NCBI GenBank assembly: GCA_965226535.1
Contig: CBDDDE010000010.1
Span: 1,054,140 to 1,086,139, forward strand
Direction: 5' to 3'
Source: Dehalococcoidia bacterium
GTDB lineage: Bacteria > Chloroflexota > Dehalococcoidia > Lucifugimonadales > GCA-2712585
DNA length: 32,000 bases
Shown piece after piece: positions 1 through 8,969 of the stretch. Both the position numbers and the translations under genes were made by a program. How positions within the stretch are numbered: the stretch's first letter is position 1; every line of letters starts with the position of its first letter. Below the pieces are notes generated by a model. The model made no database searches and was not told the origin of the DNA. It worked only from the letters and a program-made list of their open reading frames with translations.

Positions 1-390
1 GCCGCCGCTGAACATCTCGTAGCTCCGGGGACCAACCTCGTCACTGACCCGTATCTCCAGAGTCTCGGCGTATTCGCCACGGCGGGACTTGATCTCCCGT
101 TGGCTCTCCAACTTTACGTTCATCCGTCCGTCGGTCATGCGGTCTAAGAGTTCGTTGGCCCCGTCCTCGATTTGCGGGAGTATGGTATCGATGAGGAGGG
201 CTTGGACTCCCTGGCGACCAAAGGCTTGGCTCAGCTCCTCATAGGTAGACTGCTCCTCACGAAGCGCCCTTAGCTCCTGGGTCTGCCGGGCCATCTGCCG
301 TTCAAGGCCCTCAATGCGTTGAAGACTTCCTTGCAGATTGCCGCGATTGGCCAGCAGTTCCTGCTGCCTGGCCAAGCCCGTTGCTATGCT
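1..390 (-). CDS. sbcC: C-terminal part of the SbcC/Rad50-family ATPase, in a different frame from ORF 311..2293; runs off the left edge
   Basis: My minus-strand translation gives ...RQQELLANRGNLQGSLQRIEGLERQMARQTQELRALREEQSTYEELSQAFGRQGVQALLIDTILPQIEDGANELLDRMTDGRMNVKLESQREIKSRRGEYAETLEIRVSDEVGPRSYEMFSGG. This is coiled coil running into the ABC signature (SGG) region expected at an SbcC C-terminus. The frame is open up to 447, so the upper boundary is approximate. Confidence 0.75.
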
Positions 391-2293
391 CTGCCTGTGC
401 CTCTTCCAGCTGACTTTTCTTGGCCGGGAGGTGGGGAATCTCCGACTTCAGCGTCGAAAGCTGGACCTGCATTTGGAGAAGCTCCCCGCGACGGCGGGCC
501 GCGCCTTCTTCCGCTGCGGCAAGGGCGTCCTCCTCCTGTGGAAGCCTCTGGAGGGCATCCCGAAGCTGCTGGTCTCGCAGTTGATAGACCTGGAGGTCTT
601 GGAGCCTATGGGCGAGTTTGCGATGGCGCTCCGGGAAGTATTGCAGCTTTTCCAGCTTTTCCTCCAGAGGCTTCAGGGCGGCCTGCTCCGCGGGAGTGTA
701 TTGGGCCTGGGCCAAATTGTGCTCCAACGTCTTCAGAGCGGCTGATACCTCCTGCGCCTCTGTCGCGGCCCGGTTGGACTCCTCTAGGTCTCGTTCCAGC
801 GTAGCGGCCCGGCGCTGGGCTTGCTGCTGCCTACGCCGTAGCGCCGCCTCCCTTTCCGGCACCTGAGCGGATAGCTGTTTGTGTTGGATTTTCGTCTTCT
901 TCAGGTCCGCCTGGTTGCTGCGGTATTGGTTCCTCTTCTCTTCAATCTGGACCCCGTAGCTTTGCGCCAGTCTTTGGCAATCCTCTTCGCCCAAAGATGT
1001 GTCGCATAGAGGACACCGGGCGCCCTGGTGGGAGGACATCAAGAGGTCCAACTTCTTTCTTAACTCCTCGCCTTCAGACCTGAGCGGTTCCTGTATGGCC
1101 TCCAGTTGACCCATTTGGGTGGCCATTTGCTGGAGACGGGTATTCTCCTCCGCAAGGGCCGTCTGTTCTCTTTCCAAGACGGTCATTTCCCTGGCTGCTT
1201 TGGCCAGCTCTTCTCTTAGACTTGCGGCTCTCTTACACTTGGGTTCCAAGTCCTGCTCCAACCGGCGTGCAAGGAATTGGGATCGTTCCTCCAGCCGTGC
1301 CTTGGCTTGGGCGATGGTTTGCAAGAGCACGGTGGCTTGGCTCTTCAATGTATCATGCTGAGTCCGACCTGCGTTGAGGTTGTCGTTCTCACGGCGTGCC
1401 TCCTCGTATTCCCGCAACCCTGCCTCAATTGCGGAACGGTCTTTAACCAGGCCGCGGTACTTCTCAATGAGAGTCGTACTTCTTTGGGACTGCTTCTGAT
1501 AGTCGGAGATTTCCCTCTCGATGGACGGTGTACGGGATTCAATTTCTTCAGCCTTCCGCACCTTCCGCTCCAAGTCCTGCACTTCCAGCCGCAGCTTCTC
1601 AACCTGTCGGGCTTTGACGTTCAGGCTTTCCGAGACGGCGTCGATCTCTTTATTTAAGTTGCGCAGGCCCTGCAGGAATTCCTCTTTTCGGTCTATCTCT
1701 TTCCGCATGAACTGGAAGGTGGCCTCAATGTCATCGCCGAGGCGCTTTTTCTCTTGAGTCCTGGTGCGGCTGCGGTCCTGCAGTTCGTTGTAGCGGTCAA
1801 GACCAATAATCTTTCCCAGCACGTCCTTGCGTTCCGCTGGGGTCTTGTTGGTGAACTCGTCGGCTCGGCCTTGTATGAGGAAGGCACTGTTGATAAACGT
1901 ATCGTAGTCCATGCCAATAATCCGACTGATAGTGGATTGGGTCTGCCGCATAGAGTTGCCGGTGATAGGATGAAAACCTGATGCTCCGCCAATCTGAAGC
2001 TCAAGGTTGCCGGCGCCCCGGAGCTTGTGCCGCCGAACTACCCTGTAATGGGTGTTCCGTGCCAGAAACTCCAAGTCTACTTGCATATCGGTTTCGCCAA
2101 AGCTGAGCAGTTCGTCCCGGGACCTGCCCCTGGCCCTGCCCCAAAGGGCCCAGGTGATGGAGTCTAGCAGGGCCGACTTGCCGTGGCCGTTGGGGCCGCA
2201 GAGGCAAGCTACGTGAATGCCGGTAAGGTCCAGGGTCGGGACGTTATCGCGATAGCAGAGAAAGTTTTTTAATCTTAGCTTGAGGGGAATCAT
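311..2293 (-). CDS. sbcC: SbcC/Rad50-family double-strand-break repair ATPase: N-terminal ATPase lobe, coiled coil and zinc hook
   Basis: N-terminus MIPLKLRLKNFLCYRD...CGPNGHGKSALLDSITWALWG (Walker A). Long heptad-rich coiled coil with a CxxC hook (ARCPLCDTSL). The last ~25 aa (GQAAGTAGQSRQSARKSSTH) look out of frame. Confidence 0.85.
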   Translation of the reverse strand: MIPLKLRLKNFLCYRDNVPTLDLTGIHVACLCGPNGHGKSALLDSITWALWGRARGRSRDELLSFGETDMQVDLEFLARNTHYRVVRRHKLRGAGNLELQIGGASGFHPITGNSMRQTQSTISRIIGMDYDTFINSAFLIQGRADEFTNKTPAERKDVLGKIIGLDRYNELQDRSRTRTQEKKRLGDDIEATFQFMRKEIDRKEEFLQGLRNLNKEIDAVSESLNVKARQVEKLRLEVQDLERKVRKAEEIESRTPSIEREISDYQKQSQRSTTLIEKYRGLVKDRSAIEAGLREYEEARRENDNLNAGRTQHDTLKSQATVLLQTIAQAKARLEERSQFLARRLEQDLEPKCKRAASLREELAKAAREMTVLEREQTALAEENTRLQQMATQMGQLEAIQEPLRSEGEELRKKLDLLMSSHQGARCPLCDTSLGEEDCQRLAQSYGVQIEEKRNQYRSNQADLKKTKIQHKQLSAQVPEREAALRRRQQQAQRRAATLERDLEESNRAATEAQEVSAALKTLEHNLAQAQYTPAEQAALKPLEEKLEKLQYFPERHRKLAHRLQDLQVYQLRDQQLRDALQRLPQEEDALAAAEEGAARRRGELLQMQVQLSTLKSEIPHLPAKKSQLEEAQAEHSNGLGQAAGTAGQSRQSARKSSTH

Positions 2294-2335
2294 TGAGGCA
2301 GCCCGTATCTTATCACACTCCTGTCTATATTCACC

Positions 2336-2364
2336 TTGACCCTGGCACTAGGCAAATCTAGAAT
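2336..2364 (+). promoter_or_regulatory. Sigma70-type promoter for ffh: TTGACC, 17-nt spacer, TAGAAT
   Basis: TTGACC at 2336..2341 and TAGAAT at 2359..2364. The ATG at 2376 is only 11 nt after the -10 and has no Shine-Dalgarno. Confidence 0.45.
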
Positions 2365-2375
2365 ACAATAGAGCT

Positions 2376-3707
2376 ATGTTTGAAGCCCTTTCCGATAAGT
2401 TAACCGGCGTATTGGATCGCCTGACCAACCGGGGTCGTCTTACTGAAAAAGACGTGGATGATGCCCTGCGGCAGGTTCGTTTGGCCCTGCTGGGCGCCGA
2501 CGTCAATTTCAAGGTGGCCCGTGAATTTGTTGCCAAAGTCAGGGAGCGCTCCGTGGGCCAGGAAGTGCTGGAATCCATCAGTCCGGGGCAGCAGGTGGTC
2601 AAGATTGTCCATGAGGAGCTGGCGGCGATTCTGAGCGCCGGAGACCACAAACTTACCCGTTCGCCTCAATCCCCCACGGTGCTCATGCTGGTGGGGCTGC
2701 AGGGGGCGGGCAAGACCACCACCGCAGCCAAACTGGCGGCACATATGCGACGTCAAGGGCAGACCTCGTTCCTTGTGGCAGCAGACCTGCGGCGCCCCGC
2801 CGCCATTCAGCAGCTGATAGCCTTGGGCAAGCAGATGTCCATACCCGTTTACAGTGAGGATGGCTCCACCAACCCCGTCGAAGTAGCCGCCGCCGGGGTG
2901 GAGAGGGCTAAAGAGCTTGGGATGGATTGGGTAATCGTCGACACCGGCGGTCGTCTGCACGTGGACGAGGCGATGATGAATGAGATGGCGGATGTGCACA
3001 ACAGAATTTCACCTCACGAAGTCATCCTGGTGCTGGACGCCATGACAGGGCAGGACTCGGTACAGGCTGCCCAGGAGTTCCATAGCCAGGTATCCCTAAC
3101 GGGAATCATCATGACCAAACTTGACGGCGATGCACGAGGCGGCGCGGCCCTCTCCGTCACCGGAGTCACCGGAGTTCCCATCAAGTTCCTGGGTATGGGG
3201 GAGAGAACCGACGCCCTTGAGGCATTCTACCCGGACCGGCTGGCCTCCCGAATCCTGGGTATGGGAGACGTGCTAACGCTGGTGGAAAAAGCCCAGCAGG
3301 TGGTGGACACTAAACGGGCCAAGGAGTTGGAGAAGAAGCTGCGCAAGGCTTCCTTTGATCTTGACGACTTTTTGGAGCAGCTGCAAAGCGTGAAGCGCAT
3401 GGGGTCCATTAGCCAGTTTATGGAGATGATCCCTGGATTCTCCAAGATGAGCAAACGTCTGCCCCAAGGGGCCTTTAACGAAGGGGGGGTGGACAAGGTG
3501 GAAGCGATAATCCGCTCCATGACGCCCGAGGAGCGCCGTCGCCCCGCCATTATCAACGGAAGCCGGAGGCGCAGAATAGCCCTTGGCAGCGGCACCAAGC
3601 CCCAGGACATTAACCAACTCCTCAACCAGTTTACCCAGGCACAGAAGATTATCCGTCAGTTGTCCAAGGGGCGCGGTCCCAAGAACTTGGAGCAGCTATT
3701 CCGCTAG
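2376..3707 (+). CDS. ffh: Signal recognition particle protein Ffh
   Basis: N domain MFEALSDKLTGVLDRL. GTPase motifs GLQGAGKTTT, DTGGRL and TKLDGDARGG. Met-rich M domain (SISQFMEMIPGFSKM). Confidence 0.97.
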   Translation: MFEALSDKLTGVLDRLTNRGRLTEKDVDDALRQVRLALLGADVNFKVAREFVAKVRERSVGQEVLESISPGQQVVKIVHEELAAILSAGDHKLTRSPQSPTVLMLVGLQGAGKTTTAAKLAAHMRRQGQTSFLVAADLRRPAAIQQLIALGKQMSIPVYSEDGSTNPVEVAAAGVERAKELGMDWVIVDTGGRLHVDEAMMNEMADVHNRISPHEVILVLDAMTGQDSVQAAQEFHSQVSLTGIIMTKLDGDARGGAALSVTGVTGVPIKFLGMGERTDALEAFYPDRLASRILGMGDVLTLVEKAQQVVDTKRAKELEKKLRKASFDLDDFLEQLQSVKRMGSISQFMEMIPGFSKMSKRLPQGAFNEGGVDKVEAIIRSMTPEERRRPAIINGSRRRRIALGSGTKPQDINQLLNQFTQAQKIIRQLSKGRGPKNLEQLFR

Positions 3708-3768
3708 GGCTTTGATTTTTCTGGCCGCCGCGCTATCAGTGCAGCTCGGTCTTTCCGCGGCCTTTGCC

Positions 3769-4692
3769 CTAAACTGGCAGCAGACCTTGCCTCATGGCGG
3801 TGAACAGGTACGTTGTGTAAAGGGAGCGCCACGGCGACCATGGTCGGGAGAACTCATCCAGTCCAGCCTCCGTCAGCGTCTCACCCTTGAAATACAGGCG
3901 GGAGATAGTCCGCTGTAGGGCCAGGTCTCCTGAAGGGAAGCTGTCCAGCCGCCCCAGGGCGCGCAATAGGATCCAGTGGGCCGTCCAGCGTCCCACGCCC
4001 CGCAGGGCCAGGAGCTTCTGCGTCGCCTGGGCGTCGGGCAAGCGACCAAGGCCCTCTAAGTCCAGTGACCCGTCCTCCATAGCGGCGGCAATGTCTAGGA
4101 TGTACTCCGCCTTTCGGTTACTGAGCTTTATGCTCCTCAGCCCCGGTACCCCTTTGGACAGCATCGCGGTGGGGCGGGGGAAGGCGTAGTAGGTGCGGCC
4201 CTCCAGCAGCAGGGTGGGGCTGTAGCTTTCCAGCAAGAGGGCACCGATGATGCGAGCCACGTTGGTGGCAATCTGCTGGGACGATATCGCTTGTACGAGG
4301 GCCTCGAAAACGGTGGGAGTTCGACTCACGTGCAGCCCGTAGAGCCGCTCCAACACGGGCCCGATGACCGGGTCCTTGCCGGCCGAGGTGTAAAAGTCGT
4401 CCAACGGAGTGTCAGTCCCCACGACCCACTCCACCGTCTTACTAACGGCCAATACGTTATCGTCCGTTAGGTTCTGTCCTTGCACCGTTACTTCCAACAA
4501 TGGATGTTCCACGTCGTCGGTGGAACGTACCTGGGCAAGGAGCAGCCTGCCTTGGATGTCAAAGAGTCTCTGGTACTGACCGTCTTCAAAGACGTCCACC
4601 TTGGCGCCGTCGCGTGAGGCGGCTTGAGACTTCATGGTTAGGTGGAAGTCGTAGGGTGCGCGAGGATTTAGCGTTAGGGTGCGTTTTTCCAT
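3769..4692 (-). CDS. alkA: DNA-3-methyladenine glycosylase II (AlkA-like, HhH-GPD family)
   Basis: HhH-GPD region LLALRGVGRWTAHWILLRALGRLDSFPSGDLALQ with the catalytic Asp. AlkA_N-like N-terminal domain. Start overlaps the thpR stop by 19 nt. Confidence 0.85.
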   Translation of the reverse strand: MEKRTLTLNPRAPYDFHLTMKSQAASRDGAKVDVFEDGQYQRLFDIQGRLLLAQVRSTDDVEHPLLEVTVQGQNLTDDNVLAVSKTVEWVVGTDTPLDDFYTSAGKDPVIGPVLERLYGLHVSRTPTVFEALVQAISSQQIATNVARIIGALLLESYSPTLLLEGRTYYAFPRPTAMLSKGVPGLRSIKLSNRKAEYILDIAAAMEDGSLDLEGLGRLPDAQATQKLLALRGVGRWTAHWILLRALGRLDSFPSGDLALQRTISRLYFKGETLTEAGLDEFSRPWSPWRSLYTTYLFTAMRQGLLPV

Positions 4693-5291
4693 GCCTGCTC
4701 CGGTTGATCGCCTTTGAGTTGTTCGGCGCCCAATTTGCGATATATTGCTCCCTTGGGAGTCAAGGTGCTATGGATGAGATTAACCTCCCGGACCTGCCAG
4801 GAGAGACCGGAAGTCAAAGCGTTCCTCTTCATCGCCTGGCAAATCAGCTCCCTCTTTAGGGTGGGAAGACTGCTTCTGACCCTTCCCAGGGTTAGATGCG
4901 GGGTGAAGCCTCTTTTGTCTCGTGGGAATCCCAGCGTTAAAGTCTGTTCTTCAACGGCTTCTTGCAGCTGCTTTAGCCTATTGAGCTCCCCAACCAAACC
5001 CATCCAGATGACGCGAGGGTTGTCGGTTGTTGGGAAGACGCCCAGGGAGCCAAGGCCCAGTTGAAAGGGCGCTTTCCCCTGAGCCGCCGTCCTCAGTCCT
5101 TCTGTTATACCGGCTGTCATCCCCGGGTCTATGTTGCCCAGGAACTTCAGGGTTAGATGGATTCCTGATGGCCTAGTCCATCGCACTTCCGACAACCCCT
5201 CCTCCCTGAGGCCCCCGGTCAAATCCGCCAGCGCCTCCTTAACCCTGTCGGGGACATCCACGGCTACGAAGGTGCGAATGGGCGCGTTCAT
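4674..5291 (-). CDS. thpR: RNA 2',3'-cyclic phosphodiesterase (2H phosphoesterase, ThpR/LigT family)
   Basis: Two HxTx motifs (IHLTLKFLG and PHLTLGRV). I prefer the start at MNAPIRTFVAV (ATG 5291) because it forms an ATGA overlap with the mug stop. The track ORF extends to 5327. Confidence 0.85.
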   Translation of the reverse strand: MNAPIRTFVAVDVPDRVKEALADLTGGLREEGLSEVRWTRPSGIHLTLKFLGNIDPGMTAGITEGLRTAAQGKAPFQLGLGSLGVFPTTDNPRVIWMGLVGELNRLKQLQEAVEEQTLTLGFPRDKRGFTPHLTLGRVRSSLPTLKRELICQAMKRNALTSGLSWQVREVNLIHSTLTPKGAIYRKLGAEQLKGDQPEQAWKNAP

Positions 5292-5821
5292 TGGCCCTTT
5301 AACGAGTCCCTCAGCTTCTTCAGGCAACAGAACCAGTCGATCAGGACCTCCAGGGAATACTGGGCGTTGGCGGGGCTTGGATTGGGTACCACAAATACCG
5401 CGGAGCGACCAATGGAGCGTTCCTGAAGACCCAGACGGCTCTTGATCTTTATCCCTTCGGCGTACCGGAGGTATCGAGAGTAAGCCATAAGGCCCTGAAA
5501 ACAGACTATCAGGGGCTGGTACCGCTCCAGTTTCTCCCTGAGTATGGGCGCCCAGTGGCGGTAGTCCTGGGCTTTCAAGGCCGAGGCTTGGCTGGAGGGG
5601 CGCTTCACCACGTCGGTGAGGCCGACGCCGTACTCCATGAGCCTATGGTCCTCTTCTACATCCACGTGATGGTCTAGGATGGCTGCGCGGTTGAAGGCCG
5701 TCCAGAACCTGTTGCGGGGGTTGGCGAAGTAGTGCCCCTGCCGGACCGAGTGTTGGGACGGGTTTAGTCCCACTAACACTATGTCCAGACCGTCCTTAAG
5801 ATAGTCGGTCAGCGTCTCCAT
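5288..5821 (-). CDS. mug: G/U mismatch-specific DNA glycosylase (Mug/TDG, UDG family 2)
   Basis: LVGLNPSQHSVRQGHYFANPRNRFW matches the Mug motif (GINPG...Y..P.NRFW), and the size is right (177 aa). Confidence 0.85.
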   Translation of the reverse strand: METLTDYLKDGLDIVLVGLNPSQHSVRQGHYFANPRNRFWTAFNRAAILDHHVDVEEDHRLMEYGVGLTDVVKRPSSQASALKAQDYRHWAPILREKLERYQPLIVCFQGLMAYSRYLRYAEGIKIKSRLGLQERSIGRSAVFVVPNPSPANAQYSLEVLIDWFCCLKKLRDSLKGQ

Positions 5822-5825
5822 GCGG

Positions 5826-6668
5826 CTAGGCCAGGCCCAGAAGTTCCTTGGCGTTGCCGCCTAGTATCGACTCCTTCTGGGCTGTTGTTAGGTTGCTTTC
5901 CGCCACCTGGTTCAGCAGTCGCCGTTGGGGAAGGAGAGGATAGTCAGTGCCCAGCAGAATCCGCTTGGCTCCCAGAATGTCTGCGACGGATTCAAAAACC
6001 GCGGGTTGGTAGATTAAAGGTGAGGCGGCGGTGTCGAAGTACACGTTGGCAAGCCCCCTCTCCACCTCCGGCATCAGGCCGTAAAAAGGGAGACCTCCTC
6101 CCCAGTGGGCGCAAACTATGACGTTGTCGGGGAAGTTCTGTATAAAGGCCCAAAGCTTGTCCGGGGTGGTCTTCCCCTTGCCAGGGTACTGGTGTCCCGC
6201 CGGCTCGGAGCTATGTACCAGGGTAATGAGCCCCAGCCGCTTTGCGGCGTCCATAAGGGGCGTCATCTGCTTGGCGCTGCCAATGTCGAACTCCTGAGTA
6301 TCAGGATGAAGCTCTCCAATTCCCCTGGCCCCCTTGGCGGCGCACCGCTCCACTTCGCGGACTGCGTCGTCCCCCCAGGCGGGATTTACCGAGCAAAAAC
6401 CGACCAGAAGTCCGGAGTTGTCATCGGCTGCCTCAAGAATATAGTTGTTGGCTTCCTGGGCTACTTCCCTGCTTGTCCAACCCAGCCCCATGACCACCGT
6501 GACATCCACCTTGGATTTCTCCATTGCCCTCAAGAGGTCTGGCGCCGCAGCTAGCTTTGCTTTAGGGTTGGAATACAGTTGAGCAAAGGTGGCGTCGGCC
6601 TTTCTAATCTCCTCGCGGCGTGCGTCGAAGGAGGGGGGATATACGTGGGCATGGCAGTCTATGACCAT
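5826..6668 (-). CDS. Amidohydrolase_2 (PF04909-like) TIM-barrel metal-dependent hydrolase/decarboxylase family protein
   Basis: MVIDCHAHVYPP (HxH), ...VHSSEP..., CAHWGGG, LGTDYPL, GGNAKELLGL. I prefer the start at 6668 because the predicted tkt promoter lies inside the longer ORF (to 6719) and a TATAAT sits just upstream of 6668. Confidence 0.8.
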   Translation of the reverse strand: MVIDCHAHVYPPSFDARREEIRKADATFAQLYSNPKAKLAAAPDLLRAMEKSKVDVTVVMGLGWTSREVAQEANNYILEAADDNSGLLVGFCSVNPAWGDDAVREVERCAAKGARGIGELHPDTQEFDIGSAKQMTPLMDAAKRLGLITLVHSSEPAGHQYPGKGKTTPDKLWAFIQNFPDNVIVCAHWGGGLPFYGLMPEVERGLANVYFDTAASPLIYQPAVFESVADILGAKRILLGTDYPLLPQRRLLNQVAESNLTTAQKESILGGNAKELLGLA

Positions 6669-6678
6669 TATGGCAGAT

Positions 6679-6684
6679 ATTATA
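6679..6684 (-). promoter_or_regulatory. Candidate -10 box (TATAAT) for the amidohydrolase-mug-thpR-alkA operon
   Basis: The minus strand reads ggtacTTATAATatctgccataATG. The -10 ends 10 nt before the ATG at 6668 and there is no SD. The -35 is poor. Confidence 0.35.
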
Positions 6685-6706
6685 AGTACCTTTCCCGCGC
6701 CGCCGC

Positions 6707-6735
6707 TAGACACTCTCAAAAGCCGTTGTTATAAT
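6707..6735 (+). promoter_or_regulatory. Sigma70-type promoter for the split transketolase operon: TAGACA, 17-nt spacer with TG, TATAAT
   Basis: TAGACA at 6707..6712. TGt at 6727..6729 gives an extended -10. TATAAT at 6730..6735. The leader to the ATG at 6847 is about 105 nt. Confidence 0.55.
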
Positions 6736-6846
6736 GCGCCATCGAAATAACCTTCTATTGGGACAAGAGGGACATTTTGGACGGTAAGAAAACGGCTCGT
6801 AAATTCCAAAGGACACCCGTCACGGCGCCGCCACGGTGTTTCCCTC

Positions 6847-7665
6847 ATGCTTAGCGATCAGGACGTCGGAAAGCTTGAGTCCATTGCCAGGGAGTCGCGA
6901 CGCAACATACTCAAAATGATCTTCACGGCCAACAGCGGGCATCCCGGCGGCTCTCTATCCGAAATTGACATTCTGACCGCTCTGTATTTCGACGTTATGA
7001 GGGTAGACCCCGAAAACCCCCAGTGGGAGGCCAGGGACCGGTTCATCCTCAGCAAGGCCCACGCCTGTCCTGGTCTATACGCCACCCTGGCGCGTAGGGG
7101 TTTTTTCCCTGAGGAGGAACTTTCAACCTTCCGGCGGATTAACAGCCGTCTTCAAGGGCACGCTCACATCATGACCCCCGGCGTCGAGATGAGCGCCGGC
7201 TCCCTGGGGCAGGGGCTTTCCTTTGGCGTTGGCTGTGCTCTGGCGGCCCGGACTGACGGTCTCTCGCATCGGGTCTACGTCATGCTTGGCGATGGCGAGT
7301 GCGACGAAGGTCAAATTTGGGAGGCGGCCATGTCCGCGGCCCATTACGGCTTGGACAACCTCACGGCAATTGTGGACCGAAACCGTATACAGAACGACCG
7401 GTTTACCGACGACGTTATGAAGCTGGAGCCCCTTGCCGACAAGTGGCGGGCCTTTGGCTGGCGTGTGTTTGAAATTGATGGCCACGATATACGGGACATT
7501 GTGGACACCCTCCACCATGCATCCCGCACCCGGGCCCAACCCTCGGTAATCGTCGCCAAAACCGTGAAAGGTAAGGGGGTTAGCTTCATGGAGAACAACC
7601 CCGCCTTCCACGGCGCTGCCCCTAGCAAGGACGAGTACGAAAAGGCTATGTTAGAGTTGGCCTGA
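6847..7665 (+). CDS. tkt: Transketolase, N-terminal (TPP-binding) subunit
   Basis: SGHPGGSLS, GSLGQGLS and GDGECDEGQIWEA motifs. At 272 aa it fits a split transketolase. Confidence 0.93.
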   Translation: MLSDQDVGKLESIARESRRNILKMIFTANSGHPGGSLSEIDILTALYFDVMRVDPENPQWEARDRFILSKAHACPGLYATLARRGFFPEEELSTFRRINSRLQGHAHIMTPGVEMSAGSLGQGLSFGVGCALAARTDGLSHRVYVMLGDGECDEGQIWEAAMSAAHYGLDNLTAIVDRNRIQNDRFTDDVMKLEPLADKWRAFGWRVFEIDGHDIRDIVDTLHHASRTRAQPSVIVAKTVKGKGVSFMENNPAFHGAAPSKDEYEKAMLELA

Positions 7666-7675
7666 GGGAGCTAAT

Positions 7676-8626
7676 ATGGCTGAATTCTTATCTAACGTCT
7701 CTACGAGGGAAACCTACGGGAAGGTCCTAGTGGAGTTGGGTTGGGAAAACCCCGACGTGGTGGTTTTGGGAGGAGACTTGAACAAGTCCACCTTCGTCCA
7801 TCTTTTTGCCCAGGAATTCCCCGACAGGTTTTTTGACTTTGGCCCGGCGGAGCAGAACATAATGAGCGTGGCCGCCGGCATGGCAGCTTCGGGGAAGGTG
7901 CCCTTTGTCAGCACCTTTGCCGTCTTTGGTATGTGCCGCCCCTTTGACCAGGTGCGCGTCAGTATTGCGCAGCCGCACTTGGGAGTGAAAATAGTGTGTA
8001 CCCACGCGGGAATTCTCACGGGCGAGGACGGGATGTCGGCCCATGGTATAGAGGACCTATCCCTTGCCTGTTCACTTCCCGGATTTAACGTGGTAGCTCC
8101 GGCCGACGCCGTGGAGACTGTTCATGCCGTAAGAGTCGCTGCCCAAACTCCGGGTCCCTTTTACATTCGGCTTTATCGCCCCGCCACGCCGGTGGTCCAT
8201 AAGAACGGGTGTAACTTCTCTCTGGGTAAGGGAGAGGTGATGCGACAGGGCTTTGACGTGTCCATAATCGCCACCGGAGTCATGGTTGCCACGGCCCTTC
8301 AGGCGGCGGACGCCATGGCCCGGCAGGGTGTCCAGTGCCGAGTGATTAACATTCACACCCTCAGCCCCTTGGACCAAGGGATTATAGCCACCGCGGCTAG
8401 GGAGACTAAGGCGGTGGTTACGGCGGAGGAACACCTCTCCCACGGCGGCTTGAGCAGTCTTGTGGCCCAGGCCCTGGGGCACACCGTCCCGGCGCCAATG
8501 GAGACGGTAGCGCTAGAGGGTTACACGGAGTCTGGCGATCCTGAGCAGCTTTCCCGTAAATATCACCTTTCAGCGGAAGACGTGGAGGCGGCGGTAAAGA
8601 GGGTCTTGCAGAGAAAAGTCGGCTGA
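7676..8626 (+). CDS. tkt: Transketolase, C-terminal (pyrimidine-binding) subunit
   Basis: FFDFGPAEQNIMSVAAGMA and THAGI..GEDG.SH motifs. SD gagggag lies upstream, 10 nt after the first subunit. Confidence 0.93.
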   Translation: MAEFLSNVSTRETYGKVLVELGWENPDVVVLGGDLNKSTFVHLFAQEFPDRFFDFGPAEQNIMSVAAGMAASGKVPFVSTFAVFGMCRPFDQVRVSIAQPHLGVKIVCTHAGILTGEDGMSAHGIEDLSLACSLPGFNVVAPADAVETVHAVRVAAQTPGPFYIRLYRPATPVVHKNGCNFSLGKGEVMRQGFDVSIIATGVMVATALQAADAMARQGVQCRVINIHTLSPLDQGIIATAARETKAVVTAEEHLSHGGLSSLVAQALGHTVPAPMETVALEGYTESGDPEQLSRKYHLSAEDVEAAVKRVLQRKVG

Positions 8627-8634
8627 GATTTAGG

Positions 8635-8653
8635 CCCCGCTCTAGGCGCGGGG
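8635..8653. terminator. GC-rich hairpin between convergent tkt and ybaB; possible bidirectional terminator
   Basis: CCCCGC-tctaggc-GCGGGG. No U tract on either strand. Confidence 0.3.
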
Positions 8654-8666
8654 GTTCGGGACGCGG

Positions 8667-8969
8667 TTACATCAGGCCCGGAATTTTCATTCCTCCCGTC
8701 AGGCTGCCGAGCTTCTTGCCTGCCATCTCCTGCACCTTGTTGGCGGCGTCATTAATGGCCGCGGTCACCAGGTCTTGGAGGAGTTCAACGTCTTCAGCGG
8801 CTTCGGGGGCAATCTCCACCGATTCCACCAGTTGCTTGCCCGTCATCACCACCTTCACGGCCCCGCCCCCGGCGCTACCTTCTACGGTGGCCGACTCCAA
8901 CTCCTGCTGGGCCTTCTGAAGCTGGGCCTGAAGCTTCTGGGCTTGCTTGATCATGTTCCTATTCATCAA
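8667..8969 (-). CDS. ybaB: YbaB/EbfC family nucleoid-associated protein
   Basis: MIKQAQKLQAQLQKAQQELES...GGGAVKVVMTG. About 100 aa, immediately downstream of dnaX and overlapping it. Confidence 0.9.
   Translation of the reverse strand: MMNRNMIKQAQKLQAQLQKAQQELESATVEGSAGGGAVKVVMTGKQLVESVEIAPEAAEDVELLQDLVTAAINDAANKVQEMAGKKLGSLTGGMKIPGLM

Noticed and set aside
3708-3768. Rho-independent terminator between ffh and alkA
   Set aside because: I only find GGCCGC...GCGGCC with a ~30-nt loop followed by TTT, which is too weak to call.
6736-6846. TPP riboswitch in the ~105-nt transketolase leader
   Set aside because: There is no CUGAGA / ACCUGAUCUGGAUAAUGCCAGCG-like core, and transketolase genes are not typical TPP-riboswitch targets.
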